Source: the human T2T-CHM13v2.0 reference genome, Homo sapiens. From it: a DNA stretch of 64,000 nt. Numbering within the stretch: the stretch's first letter is position 1; each line of letters begins with the position of its first letter. The notes under the pieces are model-generated. The model did not search any database. It was not told the origin of the DNA and was given only the letters and a program-made list of their open reading frames with translations. Location of the stretch: NCBI RefSeq assembly GCF_009914755.1, contig NC_060939.1. One strand, written 5' to 3'. Below, in pieces: positions 18,457 through 33,959 of this stretch. A program made the position numbers and the translations under genes.

Positions 18457-19996
18457 GCAAAAGGAGGCTTGCCTTTGGAGGTGATGATCAGACAGCAGGA
18501 TAAGTAGTGACTAATGCCTGCAAAGCACTTTTCCATTCAGAAAGCACTTGCACATATATGACCTTATTTAAGGAACATCTTCTTGTTATCCACTGGTTTG
18601 TGGGAAGAACTGTGAACCAATAAAATAAATGACTTGCTGAAGGTCACAGTTGCTTAGTAGAAAAGCCACGACTCGACCTCAGATCTGCTGACCCCCACTT
18701 CAGGGTTCTTTTATAATGTCACACAGGGCAATACGACCAAAGGAAGGCCAAGTTCATCTGTATTCACATGTAAAGGTGAGGGTGTAGGTATTTTTAAAAG
18801 TAACTATGATCCACGAGGGTTAATCTAAAAATAGAGCTGTGACTTGTGTAACAGGCATAATAGGGTGGAACAACCTTGAATGTCACAGGCCAAGAAGAGC
18901 TGGTGAAGCCCAGATGGCCCGATGGCCAAGGAGCAGGTGGAGTGGCTGCAGGGAAGGAGCAGGCAGGGGGTGATGGGAGCAGAGTCAGGGAGGGAAGCAT
19001 AGGGCGGGGCTGGAGGGGGCCCTGACATTGCCCAAGGTCAGGAGTCCTGGTGGTCTAGGCACAAGCCTTCAGGCTACCTACAGCTGGTAGTGCTGGAAAT
19101 GGCAAATCCAGAACATTGCTGGAGGCATTTGCCAGTTAACACGAACTCTTCTGCATCTTAAGGGACAAAGCATCTTACTATCCAGATCACAATCACCTGC
19201 TAATTTGTATAGAGCCATATCATTTAGGATATACTATCTTTGTCCATTTTCACAAGTTTGGGATATTATTTTCCTACTTCAGCAGCTGCATGTGTGATAC
19301 TGGCATAATAATTCCTTATGATGGACACTGAGAGTAAGTGAAATGTGTCTAACCCAATGCCTAGCACGTAGGAAGGTGCTGAATAAATATTAGCACCTTT
19401 TATGGTGGATTCTTTTTTGAATATGGATAGTAAAGATCAGAAATGTTGAGTACCACTTAGTGGTTAAACAGTGTGGGCTCCAAAGCCAGACCACTAGTTT
19501 CAAGCCCAACTCTACCAATTTAGCTGTTAAGCCTTAGACAAGTTAATTACCCAAGTAAAGTCTGTTTTTTTCTGGAATAAAATAGAGATAATACCTGAAC
19601 ATTTCTCTTGTAGTTTTTGGGCAGATTAAATGAGATAATGCATGGAAAGCTCTTAGCATAGTCCCTGGCACCTAATCACTGTTCAATAATTATTAACAAG
19701 CTCTATTAAATCCTGCCAAATAGCCAGAGCATAAGCCAACACTGGAATCTAGGCCAATGCTCTTTCTGCTACACCAAGGCAGCTCCTGATGATAACAAAC
19801 ATTAACCCAAGTGAGAAGGAAAGAGAGCTAACATTTATGGAGGGCCAGCTGCATTCCAGACATGGACATCATAACAAAGCAATTCACAGGGAGATGATGA
19901 GGTTCACGGGGCTTAGTAACCTTCCCAAGGTCACAAAATAGTGAGAGATTGGGGGTCAAATGGACTGACCTCAAGTCCTGCAGCCTTTGTCCATCC

Positions 19997-20165
19997 AGTG
20001 GTTCTCCAGCGTGCATCAGAATCACCTGCAGCGTTTGTTAAAACCCAAATTCCAGGCCTTTCTCCCAGACTTTCTAATTCAGTGGGCCTAGGGTTGGCCT
20101 GAGAATCTGGATTTCTAATAAGTTCCCAGGTGAGATCAATGCTGTGGGTCCTGGACTGTACACCC
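19997..20165. mobile_element. MER5A
   Basis: CAGTGGTTCTC...CATCAGAATCACCTG...TTTCTAATAAGTTCCCAGGTGA. Confidence 0.8.
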
Positions 20166-20512
20166 TCAGTATACGCCAAGCTGCCTTTGCTCAGTAAAAT
20201 TCCCTGTGATGAGACACCACTCAGGCTGCCAGAAGCCCAAGGAGAGCCCTGGGGCTGCCCTGGGGTACAGTGAGAAACCCTAAATGCCCTGACTTGATCA
20301 CTATGCATTATAAACATGTAACAAAGTTTCTCATGTAGCCCATAAATGTGTACAAATAAAAAAATTTTTAAATGTTCTCTTAAAGAAAAGAAAGATGTCT
20401 CTGCTAAGCTCCTCAGGGCCTCATGACATACCACCCACAGCTCTGTCAGACAGGCACAGACTTTTGTCAGGCACAATCTATAACCTCAAAGTCAGCACTC
20501 CCAGTTGGGTGT

Positions 20513-20525
20513 TTTATTATTTATT
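20513..20525 (-). terminator. LARP6: LARP6 proximal polyadenylation signals (tandem AATAAA)
   Basis: TTTATT at 20513-20518 and 20520-20525, ~490 nt after the stop codon. Confidence 0.7.
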
Positions 20526-21006
20526 TACTTGACAGGTAACATCGATTTGGTCCTACAAGACACCATGCTATAGGCTTAGCTACTTGCTGTTGCACAAGAG
20601 AACTTTCCTGAACTCTCAGGAAGCCCTTGCATGGCCTATCGAGGACAGCTCAGTCACTGAAGGGAAAAATTCCATACCAAAGAAGAGAGAAAAATTCCAT
20701 ACCAAAGAACAGACTTCCCCCAGGGAACCTCCGTCCTACAGCCCTTCAGGGCCATCACACTCACACACATCAGCCATCATCAAAATAGTGGCCATGCTGG
20801 GAAGAACAGGAGTCCTGAACTAGAAGGTGGTCTTCAAACCATGGCGTACCGATTTATGTATATTACAGATAGATAAATTAAGAGGTCTACATGAATAAAA
20901 AATCTCTCAAAGGGGAACGAATTCCATTCTGTCATGCCAGGTGTTTGTCAGAACCTTGAAAACGAAGGTGGTTTTCAGTGGAGCTTGTATTAAAAATAGA
21001 AGGTAT

Positions 21007-22071
21007 TTATACACAGGCCCTGCTCCTCTCATGGCCATGAAATCCTCTGGTGTTGTCAGGACCCCTGGGCAACCTCAGCACCCCTACGGGTAGCCCATCT
21101 GCAGTCTGCATCTTCCGGGAGAGCAGGGGACTCGTACCGGGGCTTTTCTCCTGGGTCCCCATCTCGGCTTGGCGACGCCTCCGGACCCAGGGGCTGCCAG
21201 AGGGAGTGACGCTGCTGTCAGAGGAATAATCCATACACTTGCGGAAGATCTCAGGGCTGGTGCTGCAGTTCAGTCTACCTTCCTCCGCCAGTGGGGACTT
21301 TCTGGAAACGCCTTTGCGTTGGGCCAAGGGGCTGCTCCAAGGACTTGTGCACGGGGAGGCATTTGGACTCAGAAAGAGATTCTGGTGGCCAGACGGGCTG
21401 AGCTTGTTGGTGGCCGCGTGCCGTCGGCCCGCCATAGGGGATGTGGGGTTGCTCTCGGGGTCAGAGGAGCTGTTGGCAGAAGACTCATCACCCATGTACT
21501 GAAGCTCCTCGACTCTCTTGTTCAGGGACTTGTTCAGGTGGATGCTCGCAGTGGGCTCCTCGTCATGATTTTTGTCTTTGGCAGGTTTCTTTTTGGGTGG
21601 CTTCATACCAATCAGGACAGCTTTCATGTTCTCTTTGCCCTGAGATTCTGTGATCATGAACTCATGGGCTTTGATGGCTGCTTCCACCTCCTCGAACTCC
21701 ACGATGGCACACTCCTGGGTCCCCACTTGGCTGTAGCGGCTGCTGATCCTCCGGATGTCAGGGGGCAGCTCTCTCCCAGGTTTGAGGATCCGCACTGATG
21801 AGATGACTCCAAAAGTCCCGAAAAGCTTGAGCAGGTGTTCCATCACCTTCTCTTGCACCCTTCCATTCTTCTGGGGGGTGGCCAGAGCCCACAGCTTAGG
21901 AGACAAGTAGAGATCATAGACCAGGAGCATCTTGCTGGGGAGGTTCTCGTTGGGGAACAGTGGGACGGGGGTGGTCCTCCTCACCTTCCGGTGGTCCTCA
22001 TTCAACTCAAGGACCACTGAATACTTCAAAGCATGTGCTGTGGTTCTCCAGTCCCGTGTAAGATGTTTCAC
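21007..22071 (-). CDS. LARP6: LARP6 coding exon 3: end of La motif, RRM, NLS (PPKKKP), C-terminal LSA/SUZ-C motif (VLRLPRGPDNTRGF), stop
   Basis: Acceptor TTCTGCAG|GTGAAA; 1065 nt = 354 aa plus stop; translation recognisable as LARP6/Acheron. Confidence 0.98.
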   Translation of the reverse strand: MKHLTRDWRTTAHALKYSVVLELNEDHRKVRRTTPVPLFPNENLPSKMLLVYDLYLSPKLWALATPQKNGRVQEKVMEHLLKLFGTFGVISSVRILKPGRELPPDIRRISSRYSQVGTQECAIVEFEEVEAAIKAHEFMITESQGKENMKAVLIGMKPPKKKPAKDKNHDEEPTASIHLNKSLNKRVEELQYMGDESSANSSSDPESNPTSPMAGRRHAATNKLSPSGHQNLFLSPNASPCTSPWSSPLAQRKGVSRKSPLAEEGRLNCSTSPEIFRKCMDYSSDSSVTPSGSPWVRRRRQAEMGTQEKSPGTSPLLSRKMQTADGLPVGVLRLPRGPDNTRGFHGHERSRACV

Positions 22072-25000
22072 CTGCAGAACATAAAGCAAATCTGAAATAG
22101 TATCTAATGTCCTTGTCCATCCTTGTGTATGCTATAAGCTCCCTCCCTCACTTCCTTATCCCTGTAACACTAGAATCCCTGTATTCTAGTGTCTAGAATC
22201 ATACGTGGTATGTGTAAACACTCAAAAATCTAGTGAATGAATAAGTGAATGAAAACAAGTTCTACCATTTCAAACAAGGGCACCACAGCAGTGTTGTCCA
22301 ACAGAACTGTCCATGAAAATGGAAATATTCCATTCTGTGCAAGTTTAGAGGTTAAATTTGCAGGCTCTGGAACAAGGCTGCTGTATACACAAATCAAAGG
22401 CCCACCTCTAGCTTGAAGTAAGACTTGGAAAGTTATTCAACCTCTTAGTGCCTCGACTTGCCCTGGAAAATGGAGATGTTAATAGTGCCATCTCAAAGAG
22501 CTGTCCTGAGGATTAAACGAATCAATATATACATGTACATATGTATGTACAGACACATACAAACTCATTTACACATAAAACAGAATAGTGTCTAGCTCAC
22601 AGTGAGTACTAAGTAATCATGTGCTATCATTACTTCCAATATTACATGCTATTATTTTGATAGGATTTGGAGATTTTAACATTCAAATGCTTCTCTAAAG
22701 CAGTATTTCTGCATTTCTGCATTTGATACAGAGAAGTTTCCAAAAGATCTTTCGCATTTCACTGCAATATCTCCTGAGAATGACATGGACTACTTCAACT
22801 TGAAATTAAATCCAACTTGGGCCTCACTAAGAATGGTGAAATAATCCCTCCCTCCTCCTTTGTTGGTGGAAATTGTATCAATGTTGCAGTATATGGAAGC
22901 TATATTTATACTGTAAAACAGTAATTTTCTAGAGGCCCACTTCCGGTGAAGGGAATGCCAGGGGGAATGAGTCATCCCAAACAAATAGTGAAGGTGGGTG
23001 GGGTGGGTAACCTGAGCCCGTAATGGCGAGATCCCCCTGAGTCCTCTGAGAACAGGCCAACAAGCTGCTCTGCAAAAGAACTGGGAACTCCAGGTGCCTC
23101 TGAGCATAAAACAGGAACTTCATGAAACTCAAGAAGGAAAGGCTCACTCACTGGGCAAGATGGGGAAACCTTGGCAGACCCATTACTATACACAGGCTCC
23201 TAGAGAGAAAGCACTGTCCACTGTAGCCTGTGGTCTCTGGGAGAAATGGCTCAGACTTAGGCTACTAGAAGAACACGGGTCCAAGGGCACAGAGAAGCAG
23301 GCCCAGGCAAAGGGTCGGATTTCAGGTGGACAGAGTCCATGAGGAATCCAGAAAGGGTGAAGCTGATGACTGCGGGTGCGTGTGAGGCTGTGGGAAAGCC
23401 AGGCAGTGGCTCACTGTGGGGTGAAACATGGTGAAGCCTTCTCCGAAAACAGCTAGGGAGGGAGCACTTGGGAGATAAAAAGAGACAATTTCCCAAGCCT
23501 GAAGCTTGAGCTAGGAGCACCTGGGAAAGCACAGCACTGCCTTACTCAGAGGGCTACAGAAGTCTGTGGGGGACCACATCTCACTGCAAGAGAAGCAGGC
23601 TCTGGCTAGGACTGAATATCCCTCCTGAGCCAGAAGCAAGGTCCACTGGGAAATCTCGGTTACAGTCTGAGCATCCTAAGCCTGGGTCCATGACCATTCA
23701 TAAGGAAGGTCCAGGTAGCACCTGAGAAAAGGGACCAGGGAGCGTTCATCCTTGTGCAATTGCTAGAAGAACTCTAAGGTTTCCCTGTGCTTTTTACCTT
23801 TGTCATGTATGTTCCCCTTTTGTGATTAATAGGAAATCCTTCAGAATGAAAAGGATCTTTGCTCTGATTTTGGAGGTGTTAGGGAGTCTGTCTGTACTCT
23901 GCAGCCAGGTTTCAACAGAGAAGAACATTCCTAAATAGGACCATAAGTGGCAGCTTAAAGAGGAAAGCAAAACAGGCTGACTCTTGGGGTCCCTGGGGAG
24001 GAATAAAGAGACGTGCTGGATGATTCCACTGGCTGCTTCATTTTGGGATCCCCCACAAACACTTTTCATATGAAGGTTTGCTCACTGTTCTCTGACCATT
24101 AAAATATCCCTTCCATTCCCCTGTACCTAGAAAACTCCTACTCATCCTCCAAAATCCTATTTCAATGTCACCTTCTCTGGGAAGACTTCTCAGTTCTCCA
24201 GGCAGGGTTAGTTGCTCTGATCAACTAGTTCCCAATAATACTGTGTTCTCTCTTTTGTCCTACTATATGTGGTCACATTGTAATCTTTCAGATCTCTCTC
24301 CTTTATTGGACTGTGAGCTTGTCAAGGACAGGGGGAGTACGATCTTCACTCTGTACATCCTGCGCCTAGCACAGCACTCAGCAGAGACAATGAGCATATT
24401 TGATGAATGAATAAAGGAAAAAGAGCGACAGGGCCAGGCAGAGTACACCAGTGGGTGAGGCAGGGAAGAGGTCCAAGGAGAAAAGCTCTCCTCCAGTGCT
24501 CTCTGACAAAGTACACAGACAACTTGGCCGGGACCCACTTGTTACGCATCCCGTTATGCAACAGGCCGCGTAGTGCTTTTCCATTCTAGTAAATGCACTT
24601 CCCCTAAGGGAGACACAGAGTTCTTACTCCAACTAGTCTGTCAACTCTCTGAGAAGTAGACAGTACACAGCCCAAACACTGGATCTATATATGGCAGGGA
24701 CAAGCAGTCTGCTGCCCAGATGGCAGCAATAATTACAAATCTCATCTCCCTATTGTATAGATAAGGATGATGGCGTCACACAGGCAGAGCATGTGTGTCT
24801 TAGAGAAGGCTCATTTCTGAGAGTTCTGGGTGCTCATTCTCTCCCTTTGCTTATTCAACTTGACAAATGAAAAGCTTGAATTTCATATAATTTTAGGCCT
24901 GGCAGGTATCTCTCAAGGCCTTCGAGTCCGTCTGTCCTGGTATCACATCCTCCTGGCCACCCACTTGCCTGGCAAAAGTGCCTGAACTTTACTAAGAACA

Positions 25001-25249
25001 AGTAACATTGTTTCATAACTGCTGCCAGCTGAGATTTGTCCCAATGCCCAGGACCCTTTTAATAGTGTGGGAGTATATTCCTAACAATACTAAATCCCTT
25101 CTCCTAGCCATTTTTCTCTTTTTCAGGCACAGACTTAATTTTAAAAATTGTTCGTCATCAGGTTTCAAGGGAGTTAAAAAAAATGTTTAAAACCACAACC
25201 CAAAACAAACTTGAAATCCTTGAAGCAGCTTCTGAGAACCAAGCCTCAC

Positions 25250-25460
25250 CTTTTTGAAGGATGTGAGTAGCTTAACGCTCACATATCCCAGCTTGTTCCT
25301 CCTCACGTGTTTTAGCAAAAAGGCGTCCTTCTCCAGGTTTTCATCAGAAAAGTAGAATTCGATCTGATCCACCAGTTTCTTGATCAACTCCTCATCCGGG
25401 GGCTTCCACTCCTGCTCCAGGTCCTCACGCTCGTTCTCACCTCCACTTGCAGTGGTGCCA
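25250..25460 (-). CDS. LARP6: LARP6 coding exon 2 (La motif N-terminal part: QIEFYFSDENLEKDAFLLKHV)
   Basis: Acceptor GTCTCAG|TGGC, donor AAG|GTGAGG; 211 nt; phases join exons 1 and 3 into 491 aa. Confidence 0.98.
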
Positions 25461-25484
25461 CTGAGACCAGAAGGAGACACCGGG

Positions 25485-25948
25485 TGTTAGGGTCAACGTT
25501 GAACTGTGTCCCCCAAAAATTCATATGCTGAAGTCCTGACCCCCAATACCTTGGAGTATGATGTTATTTGGAAATGGGGGTCACTGCAGATGCAATTAAT
25601 TAAGATGAGGTCTTACTGGAGTAGGGTGGACCCCCTAATCCAACACAACTAGGGTCCTTACCAAAGGGGTAAATTTGAACACAGACATGCACACAGAGAG
25701 AACATCATGTGAAGGCGAAGGGAGAGACTGGGGTGATGTAGCAAAACTCAAGGAATGCCAAAGACTGCCACCAGAAGCGAGGAAAGATGCTTAGAATGGA
25801 TCCATTTCTAGTACTTTCAGAGGGCGCATGGCCCTATTCACACCTTGATTTCGGGCTTCAGGCCTCCAGAACCATAAAACAATATATTTCTGTTGTTCTA
25901 AACCATCCAGCTCATGGTATTTTGTTACAGCAGCCCTAGGAATTGACA
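25485..25948 (+). mobile_element. MaLR solo LTR, MLT1B-like
   Basis: TG...CA; TGTGTCCCCCAAAAATTCATATGCTGAAGTCCT...TTGTTACAGCAGCCCTAGGAA; TSD CCGGG/CTGGG. Confidence 0.88.
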
Positions 25949-26047
25949 CTGGGTCACATGGCCACAGAAGGAGAGGTTTGCCCCCAAACAGCTAAGAAGT
26001 CAATCTTTCATTTTTAACAAGCATGGAGGATCATAAAAATAATAACT

Positions 26048-26362
26048 GGCCAGGCATCGTGGCTCCCATCTGTAATACCAGCACTTTGGGAGGCTGAGGT
26101 AGGTGGCCTGAGCCCAGGAATTTGAGACCAGCCTGGGCAACAGAGTGGGACCCCTGTTGCTACAAAACAACAACAACAACAAAAATTAGCCAGGTGTGGT
26201 GGTGCATGCCAATAGTCCCAGCTACTTGGGAGGCTGAGGTGGGAGGAGAGCTTGAACCCGGGAGGTCTAGGTCACAGTGAGCCAAGATTGCACCACTGTA
26301 CCCCAGACTGGGAGACACAGTGAGACCCTGTCTCAAAATAATAATAATAATTATTATTATAA
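26048..26362 (+). mobile_element. AluJ with (TAA)n tail
   Basis: Full dimer. Confidence 0.9.
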
Positions 26363-26568
26363 TAACACCCTCTGCTGACATATATGTGGCGCTTTGCCAC
26401 GGGCAAAATGCTTTTCACATATACTCTCTTATTCTTCCTTCTCTACTCCATCCCCTCAAATCCTGGTTTCTAGAAGACAGTATAGCAGAGTTACTTGACC
26501 TTTCGGTAAGATCATCCATATTTATTAAAGAATAAAAGCTTGATTTCTTAGCTGGTTCAGGACAAGAT

Positions 26569-26718
26569 CTGGAGTGCAGTGGTGCGATCTCCATGTGGAT
26601 ACATGACCACTGCCTCTCAGGAGTCACTGCAGTGGTGCAATCTCCATGTGGATACATGATCACTGACTCTCAAGCCATCTGCCTTGGCCTCCCAAAGTGC
26701 TGGAATTACAGATGGGAG
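26569..26718 (-). repeat. Rearranged Alu remnant containing a 53-bp tandem duplication of a hairpin unit
   Basis: TGCAGTGGTGC(G/A)ATCTCCATGTGGATACATGA(C/T)CACTG at 26575 and 26628; Alu termini on both sides. Confidence 0.8.
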
Positions 26719-26793
26719 TGTAATTTCCTAGGGCTGCCAGCTCTAGGAGTCCTGGCTTTAGAGTTAAGATTGCCTGGGTCCAAATGCTTGGTT

Positions 26794-27155
26794 CAGACTG
26801 AGTATCCCTTATCCAAAATGCCTGGGACCAGAAGTGTTTCAGATTTCCAATTTTTCCAGATTTTGGAATATGTGCATATACGTAATGAGATATCTCAAGG
26901 ATGGGACCCGAGTCTAAACGCAAATTCATTTATGTTTCATATACACCTTATACAGATAACCTGGGGTAATCTCATGCAATATTTTTAATAATTTTGTGCA
27001 TGAAACAAAGTTTCTGAACCATCAGAAAGCAAAGGTGTCGCTATCTCAGTTTTTAACCCATGTTAAATCTGTAGTGTCATGGTGGCGCTCAAAATGTTTC
27101 TGATTTTAGAGCATTTCAGATTTTGAATTTTTTGATTAAGGATGTTCAACCTGTA
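26794..27155. mobile_element. Tigger4/MER46-type DNA transposon
   Basis: CAGACTGAGTATCCCTTATCCAAAATG...GGATGTTCAACCTG terminal inverted repeats. Confidence 0.8.
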
Positions 27156-28084
27156 CCATTGTTTATTAGTTAAGTAAATTTAGGCAAGGAACTCCACTGC
27201 ATCTCACTTCAGTTCTATTACCTGTAAATTGGGAATCATGATAGTCCCTACCCTCATGTGAGTGTTGTGACAATTCAATGAATTAATACATGAAAATATC
27301 CAGAAGAGTGCCTAGCGTACCGTTAAAGCTCAGTAGGCACAGACAAATTCCTTCGCTAATTCATAAGAGGCAGATCTAGGATTTAAACTCAAATCCTCTG
27401 TCTCCAAAGCCAGTATACATAATACCTTATATGTTTTGCTAGGACCCTGTAATGGACTCTGGAAACAATCCCATCACGGGGTCTCTTCTTAATAAAGCCC
27501 ACTATCACCAGCAGCACCACCTGGGTAGACTTCCTCCTCTCCCTCTCCCTAAGATCATTAGGTGATGAGAACAAGCCAAAGCAATCCTGGACAGAGCTTC
27601 CTTAGGAGGGCTAATCTTTCATAAGGGGATTATAACAATTTCAAACCAATAAACATTTAGAGAATACTGATTATCCGCATCATAACGGATGCCATTATTA
27701 GAAGTTAGCAGAAAGTTGCAGGTAGGTAGTTATAAGAGTTGGTTTAGCAACTCAATGTCAGGACCAGTAATCTTAACAAGGCCTATTACTGTGATCGCTT
27801 AAAGCTGGAAAAGACACATACATATATGTCCTTCAACAAAATTTTCACTGGCTCTCAGCCTCACACAAAAAAAAAAAAAAAAAAAGAAAAGAAGCAACTG
27901 TGGAATACTCAAAATGAGGGAAAAAATATTCTGGCAAGAGAGAAAAAAGCAAATAAATCTATTTAAAAATTTTTCAAATTCAGAAATTATAATTAGTATA
28001 AAATATAGGCATTGGTTGATTAAAAATAAAGAGTTTTAGCTATTTGCCTGTAGGCAGCCTGGAATGGCTTTTTAAAATACCTTA

Positions 28085-28409
<325 letters not shown>

Positions 28410-28499
28410 TGTATAGTGAAGAAAATAATAGGGAGACTCAATTTTAAAGTTTTTTAAGTCTTGTTAAAATGGGATGATAAAAGTCAGACATTAAGCTGA

Positions 28500-28739
<240 letters not shown>

Positions 28740-29212
28740 TAATGTTATGGCCACTAACACTTAAGTGAAAATCTCTTGGCCCTGTCCCTTCCCCTTTTGT
28801 CTGCTTTGAATGTGGATGTGATGGTTGAATCTGCAGCAGCCATTTTACTACCATAAGGAAAAGGCCAAGAGAATTGGCTTGGCCTGATTTGTTGGCATTA
28901 TTGGCCCTGACATGATTGAGTTGTTGGGCCAGCTCTTATAACTATCTACCTGCAGATTTTTTATTATTACATGAGAAAGATCAAATCCTATTTGTTTAAT
29001 TCACTTGTTGGGTTTTCTGTTACTTAAACAGCCAAATACAATAGTAACCGCAGCAACACTACATGGAGAAAAGAGGTCCTCAAAACATGCCGAAGGGAAA
29101 ACATCAGTGGGACAACCAATAGGATGAAAAAGGAGATGCAAGATGGACAGAACAAATTTCACTTTATTAGGGAAAGTTTATCCCCTAAATAGTAGTTAAA
29201 ACAGATGGGTTG

Positions 29213-29630
<418 letters not shown>

Positions 29631-29853
29631 CTAATGGCCGGTGAAGAGTTTTGAGCAGACTCAGGGGTATTGGCAAATGGTCTAACTTACTACAAATAGC
29701 TAGTATCTCAGAAGTGACTGCACTACGAAAGGGACCCCTGTGGGGTCCTACTCCCAGGACAAGTTAGTCCTACTCCCAAACTAGAGCAATAGATGCTATT
29801 ACAAAAGGTAAACTCATAAACAAATAAAGCATAATAGAAGGAAGGCAGTATAA

Positions 29854-30169
<316 letters not shown>

Positions 30170-30437
30170 GGGCAGTATAATTTCTCAATCTCTCTAATGC
30201 TTATTCCAGAGCTTCCCAATCTTCCCAAGGTCGGCCATGTCTGCTTTACTGCCTGCAGATGATTCTATCTCAGACTGGATGGAGAGGATAGAGTTCATCC
30301 AATCAAGCTTCTCTAGACCTCCGTTGGGCAACTCCTTCTCCCTTTTCCTAACCTTCGCTCCAGCTTGTTCTGTGTCTCTAGACATCCATCAAAGAACTTG
30401 TAGCCATATCCAGGTGTCTCTTCTCCATCTTGGTCCT

Positions 30438-30868
30438 TGATATAGTTTGAATGTATGTCTTAGGCAGATCTCACGTTGAATTGTAATCCCCAGTGTTGGA
30501 GGTGGGGCCTGGTGGGAGGTGATTGAATCATGGGGTCGTTTCTCATGAATGGTATAGCACCACTCCCTTGGTGCTGCCCTCTTGATAGTGAGTTCTCATA
30601 AGACCTGGTCATTTAAAAGTATGTGGTACTCCCTCCCACCCCCACCATCACCAACTCTCTCTCTTGCTCCTGTTTCTGTGATGTGATGTGTCTGTTCTCC
30701 CTTCACCTTCCACCACAATTGTAAGCTTCCTGAGGCCTCCCCAGAAGCGGATGCTAGTGCCATGCTTCCTATACAGCCTGCAGAGCCAAGAGCCAATCAA
30801 GCCTCTTTTCTTATAAATTACCCAGTCTCAGATATTTCTTTACAGCAATGCAAGAATGGCCTCACACA
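30438..30868 (+). mobile_element. MaLR solo LTR, MSTA-like, inserted in an L2
   Basis: TGATATAGTTTG...TGTAATCCCCAGTGTTGGAGGTGGGGCCTGG...AATGGCCTCACACA; TSD GTCCT/GTCTT. Confidence 0.88.
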
Positions 30869-30960
30869 GTCTTCTTGCCCCTGATGCAGGATCTGACACT
30901 ATTGACCACCTTCTTCTTGATACTCTCCCCCCTGGGCTTATGTGACTTACTCTTTTCTGA

Positions 30961-31338
<378 letters not shown>

Positions 31339-32582
31339 TAATCTATCCCTGACACTTTATCCCCTAGCAACCTCTACACTTCAGCTCCTATAAGCTCATC
31401 AAATTCAAATCTACCCCCCAGCCTGTCCACCGCCCCACACCTTCCTCTCCTTCCTGAGCTGCAGTCCTCAATTCCTAACTGCATGCCAGACATTTCCACT
31501 AGGACAATCTGATGTAGCATCAGATTAAATATGTCCACAATCTAACTTCTCACCTTCTGCAGAACCTGACCTCAGGCAGGACTGAAGCCTGGGCCCATCA
31601 ATAGGCATTCTATCTGGGAAGCTGACCTTCCTTTCACACAGTCTCACAGTAGACTATCCATAATGTATTGGGGGTGACTCTGCATCAATTATTTGCACCC
31701 ACTGAGCAGACAGGCAGATAGCCAGAGATTCCAGAACAGGTGGATGATACTGTGGAGGTGATATAAACCCCTATACGAGTGCAGAGGTGAGCTTCTTGTG
31801 CTTGGAGGACTCCACCCTCTGCATGAGTGCTGTCAGCAGCAACTATGCATCTCCAAAGGGGGATCTTGGGGGAGTTGAAAAGCCTATGTTATATCCAGGA
31901 GCAGGCTGCATTGTTTCCTGTTTGTGAAATAGCCTTCAAACGGGAAAAGATACCATATCTTTTATGAATATTAATTTTATATCCTTTAAACCTGAATATT
32001 GTCAACTTATTGCCGATTACAACCATCCTGTGACAATCATTTATCTTCCCTTCCAACCCACCCCCCAACTACTTTCCCTATTCACTCTTCTATGTACTTA
32101 AGCTCAAGACCTAGGATGTGTCCTTTCACTCTCTCTTTTGCCCCCACATTTAGTCAATTATAAAGTGCTTATTTCATTTTGCAGGGTCTCCCATCTGTTC
32201 TCTCTTTGCCATTCCAACCATCCTCATTATTTCTCCCTTGGATACTTATTAATAGCTCATCAAAACATTTTTCCAAAAAATTAAAGTAATAGATAAACAT
32301 AGCAAAAACTAGAATAAAATAGTAGGGAACTTATAAAGAAATCAACAATTCCCCATTCCACCTTTCCTCCCTAGAGGTAACTTCTCTTCAGCCATTTAAT
32401 TCTTAGGAGAGTTATCTCATAGCTCTATAAAATATGCTTATAGCTCTATTTCTCACTTGCCAACCGTAGTCATTCTCTATTCATGTCTTACTACATAAAA
32501 TGAGTATTTGGGGTCACTTATGACTTATGTCCCTAAATAACCCCTTCTTCAAATTTTCTTTTAGTTTTGGTTCTTCTATTAG

Positions 32583-33258
<676 letters not shown>

Positions 33259-33959
33259 TAAACATTAAAAAGTATTTTTCAATTCCTTGCTACGTGATAT
33301 ATTAATACACACTATTGTCCTACTCTCTCTTCCATCTCACCTATTTCCAACCTTCCATATTGCATCAGATGTACTTTTATTTCATTTTGCCATGGTTCAT
33401 AATATTTCATTCCATTCGGTAACTAATATTCTATATTTTATCTATAGATACATACTGAAAGTTGAAAGTCAATCAGTTGTATTTTATTATTATGACTATG
33501 TAAACACTGTTCCCTACAGGGCTAAGTCATTTGCTAAGATTACATTTCTTGTCTTAAAGTCCTATTAGTTGACTGACCACCTGGATTGGTCCTCTATGTT
33601 TATTTTTTCTTTCATATGCTCTGTCTTTGTCTTTGTAATTTACACACTAAGAGATTTCTTTGACATTATATTCTAACCTTTCCTACAGAATTTTTAAATT
33701 TTAGTAGTTATTTATTTAGTTTCTAAGAACTGTTTTTGATCCTAGATAATTCCCTTCTAAGAGCTTCCTACTCTTGTTTTGTGGATGCAGTATCTTAAGT
33801 TCACTCTCAGGGTGCTAGTTGGAGTATACATTTTTGAGTCTTTTGTTTCAACATCATCACCTCTGTATCCTTTGGGGTCAGTTCTTCCATTTAACTTTCA
33901 TGCCACTGATTTTCTTCAAGTGACTAAGAAATAATTCATTTTTTCTTTATTAAAGGGTT

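Noticed and set aside
21169-21798. 209-aa plus-strand ORF
   Set aside because: Antisense shadow of GC-rich LARP6 exon 3.
22072-22089. MLYVLQ start of the 360-aa ORF
   Set aside because: Intronic acceptor sequence; the exon starts at 22071.
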